Source: Macrostomum lignano (lineage: Eukaryota). Taken from it: a stretch of DNA of 38,026 nucleotides. The first letter of the stretch is position 1; each line of letters starts with the position of its first letter. The stretch spans positions 1 to 38,026 of the forward strand of contig NIVC01004689.1 of the NCBI GenBank assembly GCA_002269645.1, in the 5' to 3' direction. The notes under the pieces were generated by a model. The model made no database searches and was not told the origin of the DNA. It saw nothing but the letters and a program-made list of their open reading frames with translations. The translations under genes and the position numbers were made by a program. This document shows, one piece after another, positions 12,189 through 22,559 of this stretch.

Positions 12189-12194
12189 AATAAA
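12189..12194 (+). terminator. Candidate polyadenylation signal of PHKA
   Basis: AATAAA ~440 nt after the stop, followed by T/GT-rich sequence. A second AATAAA lies at 12439-12444. Confidence 0.35.
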
Positions 12195-12567
12195 GTAGTT
12201 TTCATTTGAAGTACTTGTCCGTATTCATCCGTATTTGTCAAACTGTGTGCTTTGTTTTCTTTCAAATGATTCTTATTTATATATTTATTAATAACTTGTT
12301 AATATTAACTCTGTCTTCCCTGACTTACATTTCATTCTATTTCAAAGTGTAAATTTTCTGTTTAGCCTCTGTCTGATTGAGTAGCTATTGATCTGATTGC
12401 TCCATTTTATTAAACACGTGTGACTTGTCCTTATTGCTAATAAATTATGAAAGTTGAAAGTGATTGGATCCTTCTTAATGTACTTTCAGTGGGATTTCGG
12501 GCCAAAGAAGAGCAACTTCGCTCGTAAATGTACATGATCTGAGTGGCGTGTGTAGGAATTTTAACCC

Positions 12568-13442
12568 CAAGATCGGACACACCATCCCAGAGATCGGACA
12601 CACCATCCCACAGATCGGACACACCATCCCAGAGATCGGACACACCATCCCACAGATCGGACACACCATCCCAGAGATCGGACACACCGTCCCAAAGATC
12701 GGACACGCCATCCCAGAGATCGGACACGCCATCCCACAGATCGGACACACCATCCCAGAGATCAGACACACCATCCCAGAGATCGAAAACACCATCCCAG
12801 GGATCGGACACACCATCCCAGAGATCGGACACGCCATCCCACAGATCGGACACGCCATCCCACAGATCGGACACACCATCCCAGAGATCGGACACATCAT
12901 CCCAGAGATCGGACACGCCATCCCACAGATCGGACACACCATCCCAGAGATCAGACACATCATCCCAGAGATCGGACACACCATCCCAGAGATTGGACAC
13001 ACCATCCCAGAGATCGGACACATCATCCCAGAGATCGGACACACCATCCCAGAGATTGGACACACCATCCCAGAGATCAGACACATCATCCCAGAGATCA
13101 GACACATCATCCCAGAGATTGGACACACCATCCCAGAGATCGGACACATCATCCCAGAGATCGGACACACCATCCCAGAGATCGGACACATCATCCCAGA
13201 GATCGGACACGCCATCACACAGATCGGACACACCATCCCACAGATCGGACACATCATCCCAGAGATCAGACACACCATCCCAGAGATTGGACACACCATC
13301 CCAGAGATCGGACACATCATCCCAGAGATCGGACACACCATCCCAGAGATCGGACACATCATCCCAGAGATCGGACACACCATCCCACAGATCGGACACA
13401 CCATCCCACAGATCGGACACGCCATCCCACAGATCGGACACA
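12568..13442. repeat. 21-bp minisatellite ATCCCAGAGATCGGACACACC
   Basis: About 41 tandem units; open in several frames only because the unit lacks stop codons. Confidence 0.95.
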
Positions 13443-14627
13443 ACGAGATTTCACATGATGGAAACAGCATTGATGTCATTGTTGGATAAACATAGGAATT
13501 CATACATGTATTATGAAATAAGGGCTTGCGTGAAGCATCGCAGATCAGAGCCAATAGTCCTAGTCGGTCTCATACTTCACAGCCATGTTGAAGTATCCTA
13601 AGAGAAGGCGGGCAGGACTCAGAACAGAGATAGATAAAAAATTAGGACAATAGGGACAGAGCGAGAGGCAGACCTGTACTAGTAGACAGAAGCAGCAGAG
13701 CTCACTGGGATCGAGTTAATGAGGCCCCATCTCAGTGGCAGGAGCCGCTGGACAGCGCGGCAAACAGAGGAACAACGCCAACCCGAAGATGCCTGACGAC
13801 CGTGGGGCTGGAGAGACGCTTGCAGTGTACAGGGGGACAGCATAACAGACACTGGCGGAAAACTATTCAGACTTGATATTTTGTCACCTCCACAGATTCA
13901 TCCAACTCAACCACTGTAGCGGCAACCGCACTTCGCTAATAACCCTCATCTCTGCGACCTAGCAACCCGCTAGATTTGCTGTACAGTTAAGGACACAAAC
14001 ACTCCAACAGCGGCAGGGGATGGAAAGCACGCGGACGCTCATAAAAGTTTTAAATGAAGTTGAGCTTCAAATGAGGCATCATACAAGAAAATCGGTTGAG
14101 AAGTTGCAACTTGCGACGCCCTGTAGGAGCAGGTCCCTGAGCTCTTTAATACAAAATTAACGAATGCAACACACGCATATACTCGTAGCGATATTGCAAG
14201 ACAGCCTACAATTTTGAAGACTTCGAGGGTCTGAAACTTGTGCTGTTAACTAATTAACAACTCTTGAAGCCAATGATGCTGCACCTCTTGCAAAAAAGTT
14301 TATAGTGAATTTTATTTTTCAACTGCCTTATCAAACTTTTACACTGTTTAATAAATAAAATAAATAATAATTTACACGTAGGCTACGATGCAGAATTTAT
14401 TTTGGTACAAATACGCTTGGGTGTGCTGAAAAGTCTAGGTAAGGAAAACATACATTTAATTCGGTTCAAAAGTGCTTAGTTCACAGATCATAAGATTTTT
14501 TCGTCCGTTATTCAAACACAGGCAAAATTTAGTATAGGTTTCAGAAAATCACATGAATTCTGATGTCGACCCAAGAACCATAATTTATTCCTTCAATGCA
14601 ATCTTACCACACAAAGCACTGAGTCTA

Positions 14628-17600
14628 CTAGTTTGACACAAGCGCGAAGAACTCTCGGATTTCGGCCTCGGACATGACGCTCGTGGCCATTGCAATGGCG
14701 CGCACTGCTCCTTTAAACATCCGGGCATCGTTAAGTCGCTTGCCGAACCGGAAGCAGCTCGGTGAGATAAAATCGAAATCGGTTTTTGAAGTGACAGTCA
14801 CAGTGGACGGAGGCAAAAAGCCGCTTCCCAGGAAAATTCCCCAAGAGTCGGCTGAAGGCGTTGATGTGAAGCCCAGATTCACCCACTCACTGGCGCTCGA
14901 AGTCATTGGATAATTTGAGGTCACGTAGACCTGTGGAACGCTGCTGGCTTGAGTCTTGATAAAGACGTACGGTTTTAAAGGTTCACCATGTTCCCAAATG
15001 TGGCTATAAAATCGACCGGTTTCGAAGTCAGCACAGTTTAGAAAATCGAAGAAGGCCTGCACCTGCGGCTGCCGCTTCATCCTGAGCAGCACCGTGACGC
15101 CTGTGCCGAACCCGATGTCGCTCTTGTTCATGGCCAGAAACGAGCTGCTCCCATCGAACGCGGCGCCCTCCTCTGTCCACTGGACTCCGACCGGATAAAT
15201 TCGGTTGGTCTCTTCGTCAGCCTGGCACACGACATTCTCAAATGCAGACATGTCGTCTCCGAGCCACACGTTTGTGAGCTTCGGGTTGAGCTGAGCCGGA
15301 TATTTGATCGGAAATCGGATGAGCACTCGGCAGTCGCTGCTCGCACCGCCAGAGACAAGGTCGCGACACACGGACTGGTAGCGGAAGAGAATGCAGCGGA
15401 GAGAGGCCGGCTCGAACTGGGCCACAATGATTCCGACTTTCTGTTTGTTCGACGCGATCACAGAGCAGTGCACATCGCTGCTCGCCTGCGCTCGGTAAAT
15501 CGCGACGGCCTCCGGCAGGCACCGCACCTGCATCTGAGTCCAGGTGTCTCCGGTCCCGCACTGGCACACTGCCAGCAGGCACGATATGAACACCCTAGAT
15601 GAAATCGTCATGCCATTTCTTAGCAGATCTGTCTGGAGCTTCTCGCTACGTTCTTGCAAGAACGTAACAGATCTGCACTATTAAAATATATAGGCAGAAC
15701 TTACAAGATCTGCAGGAAGATCTTGCATGGTCTGCACGAGCAGATCTTAGGAGATCTGGGCAGATCTTGTAAGATGTATTAAGCTTTACCAATTGAATGC
15801 ATTGTCCGTCTTATCAAATCTTCCCAGATCTGTTTAGTAATCCATTTATAAAACCCCAATGCACTAATTTAATTCCAATAAAGAACACGAGTTATGACAG
15901 GACTTTCTTATTTGATTCTGCACTTTTAGTATTGTGCTAGTAAGCTGCCAGAACAAAAGCAAATGTCATTGAACAATCAAAATAAAGTAGGCATATTTAT
16001 TTGTGAAAATGTAAACAAATACACATATATGCTCATGAAATAAAACTTGTATGCACAAGGGAAATAGCACAAGCAAAAAATAAGTCAGCTTCAAAACAAA
16101 AGTTAAGCACACATTCAATAGGAAAAATACTAATGGTACAATGGACTAATAAAATTAGGGTGAGCAATACTTTTAGAAACTAAAAAATAGAAGCAGAAAC
16201 ATTTGAAAAAAACCAGGTGCATCTTTTACTACAATGTACAATTAAATTGGTTTGCAAATAATTGAAACTGAAAGAGTCCAGTACTGAACATACATGCACA
16301 ACTTTGGGAATCACCCGGCCGTTTCTATTGGCAACACACACATGTAAGTCGCTATTGGCTGAGAGCAGTCACGTGACTACTATTCCATCCAATAGCGACT
16401 TACATGTGTGTGTGTGTTGCCAATAGAAACGGCCGAGGGAATCCCAAAGTTGCTCCCAAGCATGGTACTGAAAGATTTTAAAGTCAATATTGCTAGAAAG
16501 CTTACTTTGTTATCAATAAAAGTAGGTCTATAAGAGCTCTTAGTAATACTTAAGGGCTCTTTATCATGTTGCATTTTTACTTTAGGCTGGCTTCATTTTT
16601 TCTTTTAGCAATCATAGGATGCTTGCCACTTTGCCACTTGGTATAAAGACAAGCTTGGAACCCATAAGTAGCGATGCCATATTGACCATGTAAAGTAGCT
16701 GCAATGAAAGGGAAAATTGTAGTAAAGTTCTGGGATTTTAAACATTAATATTCAATTCAAAATAACTAAAATATAAAACAAATATCGTTGTTATGTTTTT
16801 AAATAGTCAGAGTAATAACTTTTGTAAAAGTTCTTTTAGACCTAATTAAATTTAGACCTATGTTTTTCTTCTATTCTATATTTTTCATATTATTTATCTA
16901 GGCCTATCTAGTATAAATACTTTTAGATTTTGCTATGCCTATATATATTCTTCAAATAGTAGGTCAAGGCTTAAGATAACTTTCTAACAACCATAAGCCT
17001 ATATTTAAGCATCCAGGTTTAATTCTAATTCATAAAAACTATACCCTATATAGCAATTACAATTTTTAGTAGAGTAGGGCCTTTTTATTTTAAAATTAAA
17101 ATGATAAGCCTAGTTATAACACTATTTACTAAAAATAGAAATTACACTCTTAACCTAAGTGTTTAAAATCAAGGAGGGATTAAAACCAAGTTTTACAGAT
17201 ATGTCAGTCTACCTATTTATAAATCTAGATAAGCATATATAAAACAAACAAAAACAGAATAGACCTATTTAATTAAGATTTACTTACTAGCTAGGTCACT
17301 AGAACTAGCCTAGCCCTAGCCTAGCCTAGGGGCTATAACTAGGTATGTATATATAAATATAATATAATGAAATGCAAAAGACTACAAAAAATACTGATCT
17401 ATGTATGTAAACTGAATTTCTGAATTATTAATGGATTAATGAATTATTAATGGACAACATCACTAGGTCTACTGTAGACATGCATTCTGTTTCTATTAAA
17501 GCATAGAACAAAGTCATAGGCCTAGGCCTACTCATACTTATAGGCCTGGGAGTAGGAAACAAGCCTAGATATATATATGATATAGATATATATATAGCAT

Positions 17601-18457
17601 ATCATACATTTTATAGTCAGTCTGTCAATTATGTCAAATTTTTTTAATTGATGACGCAATCTGCTCTTCATTTAAAGCCATAGCTATACTCAATCAAAAA
17701 AGTTATTATGGCTAAAAAAAGTAAAAAACAGTGATACTACACTGTGAAACAATTTAAGGAATTAAAAATTACGTATTCGGCTAAGTCAAAAGAAAGAACT
17801 GAGATAGATGGATAAATTGCAAGAGCGAGAATTCAAACTATAAGGGTCCACTATGTTCAGAACTGCGGAAAAAATATTTAAACAAATTCATTTACTGTTG
17901 GCTGCCAGAAGAACAACTAAAATAAATACAAATCATTAAAAAACGTAATTACTATTATGTTAAATATTTTGTGGAAAAAAACAATTCAGACACTTTTCAA
18001 AACTGGTCTGTACAGATCTGCAAGAACTGATCTGACAAGATCCAGCAGAGAAATGTGAAAATATACGAAAGTCTTTTTTCTGATATACAGTTGGAAATTT
18101 TGTTTTCTCTTTACCTAATAAGTATTTTCTAAAAAATCACGAATGTTTTTTACGTACCAAACAATAAAAAATGGCTTGCAAAGATTTGTAAGATCTTGTA
18201 AGACAAAAGCAGATACAGATCTGCTAAGAGATTTAAGTAAGAACAGATCTGTTAAGAATGTGTTAACCAAAATTCACAGATCTGCTAAGAAATTTAAGTA
18301 AGAACAGATCTGCCAAGAATGAGTAAACAGAACTTCATCTAGGGCAGCGAGACTCCTAGAACTTTTTGACAACGAAATAGGAATTGAACAGGTGATTTCT
18401 TATCAATTCCACATTCTAATGATTATCATTTACTTTAACTGATTTACCTGTTCTCAT
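14628..18457 (-). CDS. Secreted protein (signal peptide, Cys-containing PAN/Apple-like region, LamG/ConA-like domain), 327 aa once the transposon is removed; interrupted by a transposon
   Basis: Exon 1 is 18457-18448 (ATG AGA ACA G|gtaaat). A 92-nt intron ends ttctag. Exon 2 is 18355-18345, joined across the TE to 15590-14628. This gives MRTGVSLFISCLLAVCQCG-TGDTW... (984 nt, in frame). The C-terminal half has LamG_3-type motifs (GAAFDGSSSFL, WVNLGFT, FKGAVRAIAMATSVMSEAEIREF). AATAAA lies on the minus strand at 14589-14584. Confidence 0.8.
15593..18344. mobile_element. Non-autonomous CACTA/EnSpm (CMC superfamily)-type DNA transposon, 2752 bp
   Basis: Terminal inverted repeats CCCTAGATGAA (15593-15603) and TTCATCTAGGG (18334-18344), extending imperfectly to ~40 bp. 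2-bp target-site duplication CA (15591-92 and 18345-46). Many CAGATCT subterminal repeats at both ends. AT-rich interior with no transposase ORF. Removing it restores the host ORF. CMCWR termini with a 2-bp TSD are typical of animal CMC/EnSpm elements. Confidence 0.85.
16299..16452. repeat. Long inverted repeat (hairpin): ~60-bp arms and 30-nt loop, inside the transposon
   Basis: The left arm CAACTTTGGGAATCACCCGGCCGTTTCTATTGGCAACACACACATGTAAGTCGCTATTGG (16299-16358) is nearly the reverse complement of 16389-16452. The loop contains the palindrome AGTCACGTGACT. Confidence 0.9.
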
Positions 18458-19052
18458 TGTAAGTTGAGGCGCACGAGCGTTTGTGAAAAAAAGTGTTAAG
18501 TTTTCTTGGCTTAAATTTGCTTTCAAGTAGTTGCTTTCCGCTAATGGTTTTTGAGCAGCCCGTGGCTTAAAAACGTTGCTGCAAGCCTGCTTTTTTTGTC
18601 ACATATCACATTGAAAACCTGACTCCTCTTTTATGGCGGCGATGATCCCGCTCGTAGAGGCAGGTGCTGAGCTGGAGGCAGCAACTCATTCCACGGGTTA
18701 GTTATCTTCCTCGCAACTAAGCGGGATGGAGGAGTCCCCATGAACGGTCAGAGGCAAAAAAATTTGGCTTTGGATGCGGTTAAAATGCAGCGGTCTCTAC
18801 CTGGTCTAATTCTAAAAAATGCACCATCATCAAAAAATTGCAGCAGACAATAAACGGGAGCCCGTAATTTTCATCGCTTCTCTGCATCGCTAATTTCTGG
18901 CCATCTCTTTGGCCTGTTCACAGACCGATGCGCAATGGGGAGAAGTGCCCGAAACGCTCATTGAAAAATGGTTCTTTGCCCCAACCCCCGACGATCGATA
19001 AACAGTGTTCTGCCACATCTTTTGAGACAGTAGAATAAACTGTGCAGTGAAG

Positions 19053-19165
19053 CCGGCAAATAGCGACGGAATGGAGTGCCCAGTGCAGTAGCGAGTGACA
19101 TGCAGAGTGACTTGAAGAGTGCCGTGAAGAGTGCCTTTGTTGTGCTTGCTTTTACTAGAGGCCCG
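19053..19165 (+). pseudogene. Diverged duplicate of the PHKA last 12 codons, stop and proximal 3' UTR
   Basis: Ungapped hand alignment to 11708-11820 gives ~18 mismatches in 113 nt (~84%). It encodes PANSDGMECPVQ-stop versus [12 protein letters not shown]-stop. Both copies are followed by a CT-rich repeat. Confidence 0.75.
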
Positions 19166-19295
19166 TCTCACCCTCTGTCTCCCAGTCTCACCCTCTGTCT
19201 CCCAGTCTCACCCTCTGTCTCCCAGTCTCACCCTCTGTCTCCCCGCATTCCCTCTGTCTCCCCGCCTCTTCCTCTGTCTCCCCGCCTCTTCCTCT
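19166..19295. repeat. Pyrimidine-rich ~20-bp repeat CCCTCTGTCTCCCAGTCTCA
   Basis: Tandem copies directly after the PHKA-tail duplicate. Confidence 0.85.
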
Positions 19296-19296
19296 G

Positions 19297-21085
19297 AAGA
19301 ATAAAGAATGAAGAATGAAGAATGAAGAATGCAGAATGCAGAATGAAGAATGAAGAATGCAGAATGCAGAATGCAGAATGAAGAATGAAGAATGAAGAAT
19401 GCAGAATGAAGAATGCAGAATGCAGAATGCAGAATGCAGAATGCAGAATGAAGAATGCAGAATGCAGAATGAAGAATGAATAATTCAGAATGCAGAATGA
19501 AGAATGAATAATTCAGAATGCAGAATGAAGAAGGAATAATTCAGAATGCAGAATGAAGAATGAAGAATGTAGAATGAAGAATGTAGAATGAAGAATGCAG
19601 AATGAAGAATGCAGAATGCAGAATGAAGAATACAGAATGAAGAACGAATAATTCAGAATGCAGAATGAAGAATGCAGAATGCAGAATGAAGAATGTAGAA
19701 TGCAGAATAAAGAATGAAGAATGTAGAATGAAGAATGCAGAATGCAGAATGAAGAATGCAGAATGCAGAATAAAGAATACAGAATGAAGAATGTAGAATG
19801 CAGAATGAAGAATGAATAATTCAGAATGCAGAATGAAGAATGAAGAATGAAGAATGAAGAATGCAGAATGAAGAATGCAGAATGTAGAATGCAGAATGAA
19901 GAATGAATAATTCAGAATGCAGAATGAAGAATACAGAATGAAGAATGTAGAATGCAGAATGAAGAATGAATAATTCAGAATGCAGAATGAAGAATGAAGA
20001 ATGAAGAATGTAGAATGAAGAATGAAGAATGTAGAATGAAGAATGAAGAATGCAGAATGAAGAATGCAGAATGTAGAATGCAGAATGAAGAATGAATAAT
20101 TCAGAATGCAGAATGAAGAATACAGAATGAAGAATGTAGAATGCAGAATGAAGAATGAATAATTCAGAATGCAGAATGAAGAATGCAGAATGAAGAATGA
20201 AGAATGAAGAATGTAGAATGCAGAATGAAGAATGCAGAATGAAGAATGCAGAATGAAGAATGAAGAATGAAGAGTGAAGAATGCAGAATGAAGAATGAAG
20301 AATCCAGAATGAAGAATGAAGAATGAAGAATGAAGAATGAAAAATGAAGAATGCGGAATGAAGAATGCAGAATGAAGAATGAAGAATGAAGAATCCAGAA
20401 TGAAGAATGAAGAATGAAAAATGAAGAATGCGGAATGAAGAATGCAGAATGAAGAATGAAGAATGAAGAATCCAGAATGAAGAATGAAGAATGAAGAATG
20501 AAGAATGCAGAATGAAGAATGAAGAATTAAAAATTAAAAATGAAGAATTAAAAATTAAAAATGAAGAATTAAAAATAAAAAATGAAGAATTAAAAATTAA
20601 AAATGAAGAATTAAAAATTAAAAATGAAGAATTAAAAATTAAAAATGAAGAATTAAAAATTAAAAATGAAGAATTAAAAATTAAAAATGAAGAATTAAAA
20701 ATTAAAAATTTAAAATTAAAAATTAAAAATGAATAATGAATAACGAAGAATGCAGAATGAAGAATGCAGAATGAAGAATGCAGAATGAAGAGTTAAAAAT
20801 GAAAAATGAAGAATGAAGAATGAAGAAAGAAGAAAGAAGAATGAAAAATAAAAAATGAAAAATGAAAGATGAAGAATGAAGAATGAAGAATGAAGAAAGA
20901 AGAATGAAGAATGAAAAATGAAAAATGAAAAAAATGAAAAATGAAGAATTCAGAATGAAGAATGAAGAATGAAGAATGAAGAAAGCAGAATGAATAATTC
21001 AGAATGCAGAATAAAGAATACAGAATGAAGAATGAAGAATTCAGAATGAAGAATGAAGAATGAAGAATGAAGAATGCAGAAAAAA
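19297..21085. repeat. 7-bp satellite (GAATGAA/GAATGCA)n with an embedded 21-bp AATGAAGAATTAAAAATTAAA block (~20515-20730)
   Basis: Directly visible 1.8-kb array. Confidence 0.95.
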
Positions 21086-21525
21086 GAAGTATTTGTATAG
21101 TGTATAATTATCCGACAGTGTTTCGTGTTGTCGACGCACTTGTGCGGTGCCGACACTTTATGGCCACGCACTTAAAACGAAAAAACTTTTTCGTTCTTTT
21201 TTCAGCCAGAGTTGTATTATATTGTTTTTCAAGAAAATACATTGCCATCTTTTAGTTTGTTGACTACACAATTTCCTGTATATTGATATTTATTTGGTTG
21301 CTTAAATTTATTCTTAAATTATTTTTCTTGTTTATTGTGCTTCCATGTTGTTAAGCCGTTTGCCTCGGAAACGAGTAATTTCTGGTAGGATAGCTGACTA
21401 ATTGGATTGAAAGAGCGCACACAAAAGCACGGTGGGGGAGTAGAGGCGTGGCATAGTGATTGTAGTTTTTGTCAGCTGCTCATAGCAGAGATTGATGCTC
21501 CAGCTCCAGCCGTCTTGATGAGCTC

Positions 21526-22092
21526 TCACTCCTGGAAGTAGTGACGGCAGAACCTGCGCTGGCGCACCTGCCAGATCTGCAGGCTGGTCAGAGCGGTGCA
21601 GATGTTCTCAACGCATTCGGCCAGAGGCTTGTACTCGTAGCCCCGGTGCAGCCAGTGGATCACATGACTCACGTCCAGGCGGAGGCAGTGGCTGAGCTCC
21701 TTCCTGGGGGTCTCGGCGTCCTCGGCGGCGCTGCAGTGTGGTGGCAGTTTTTGGTTGGGGAATATCAGCATGCCGAGTCATCAAGGAGCCACGCCCTAAG
21801 CCAAAACCCCTACTTACCGAACGATCTGCGCCTTGGAGCGCTGGCAGTTGCCGGGCTTGGCCACCGTGATGTAGACGGTGCCGCCAGCCTGCGGGTACAG
21901 CAGGATCACGGATCTGCAGTAGTGCTTGAACTCGGTGCAGCCGGGCATGGGCTGAGCCAGACCAAGCAGGGTGGCCTGGCGCAGAGAGGCGCTGGTGGTG
22001 CTGTTCCCGCTCAGGCACTCGTAGCTGGCAGCGGCCGAGGCCGCCATCAGGGCGGTGGCCGCCAGGAGCAGCGCAGCGGATACAGTCGACAT
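21526..22092 (-). CDS. Orphan small secreted protein, 159 aa, 8 Cys, two exons
   Basis: Exon 1 is 22092-21818 (MSTVSAALLLAATALMAASAAA signal peptide; donor CG|gtaagt). An 87-nt intron follows. Exon 2 is 21730-21526 (acceptor ctgcag; ends FCRHYFQE-stop). Total 480 nt in frame, with GC-rich coding-like codon usage. TATAAA on the minus strand at 22184-22179; AATAAA at 21336-21331. Confidence 0.8.
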
Positions 22093-22178
22093 CCTTGGTT
22101 GAAGAGCTGAGAGTCTCGAGTTTGTTCAGCGCTGCGTAGATCCTCCGATTGTCTGTGAAAGAGTTTCTGAGCACCGAA

Positions 22179-22184
22179 TTTATA
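22179..22184 (-). promoter_or_regulatory. Candidate TATA box of the small secreted protein gene
   Basis: TATAAA on the minus strand ~87 nt upstream of the ATG at 22092. Confidence 0.35.
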
Positions 22185-22559
22185 GAAAATTGTCCTCTGA
22201 GGTGGGTGAACTGGGATGGTTTGCAGCTAAATGGCTAGCTGAGATTTAAACGAATCGTCTGTAAGTACTAATTAAAACTGGAGGGCTTATTGGCAGGTAG
22301 ACAGACAGGTGATTATAAAATATCGAACTCGTCAATATCCACTACGGTTATGGCTCAAATGTACGAGTCGACAAAATTAATTTAGGCGTAAATAAGATAC
22401 CAGTGGGGCTCGGTCTCCCCGCGTCCCTCGCAGTTTAAGACTTCATGCTATGACGCAACTGTGGATGGGTTTCAGCCCTCTGCAGCCCTATCATTGCTTA
22501 GCAATAAACTGACAGTAACAACCAAAAAATGCAACTCAGAACAGTAGAGTGATGTGGTC

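Noticed and set aside
1041-13601. Many long periodic ORFs ([43 protein letters not shown] and similar)
   Set aside because: They are open in several frames and on both strands of stop-free tandem arrays. Those up to 11430 lie inside introns whose removal restores a PHKA frame; the rest lie in the 3' UTR or intergenic arrays.
13601-14300. GC-richer stretch that might be an exon or TE remnant
   Set aside because: All frames have stops and I recognise no motif, TIR or TSD.
15612-15659. N-terminal MQERSEKLQTDLLRNG of ORF 14628..15659
   Set aside because: It starts at a TTG inside the transposon. The native start is at 18457; only the ATG at 15611 is a plausible TE-derived start.
21541-22110. 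189-aa plus-strand ORF
   Set aside because: Antisense shadow of the GC-rich secreted-protein gene, and it runs through that gene's intron.
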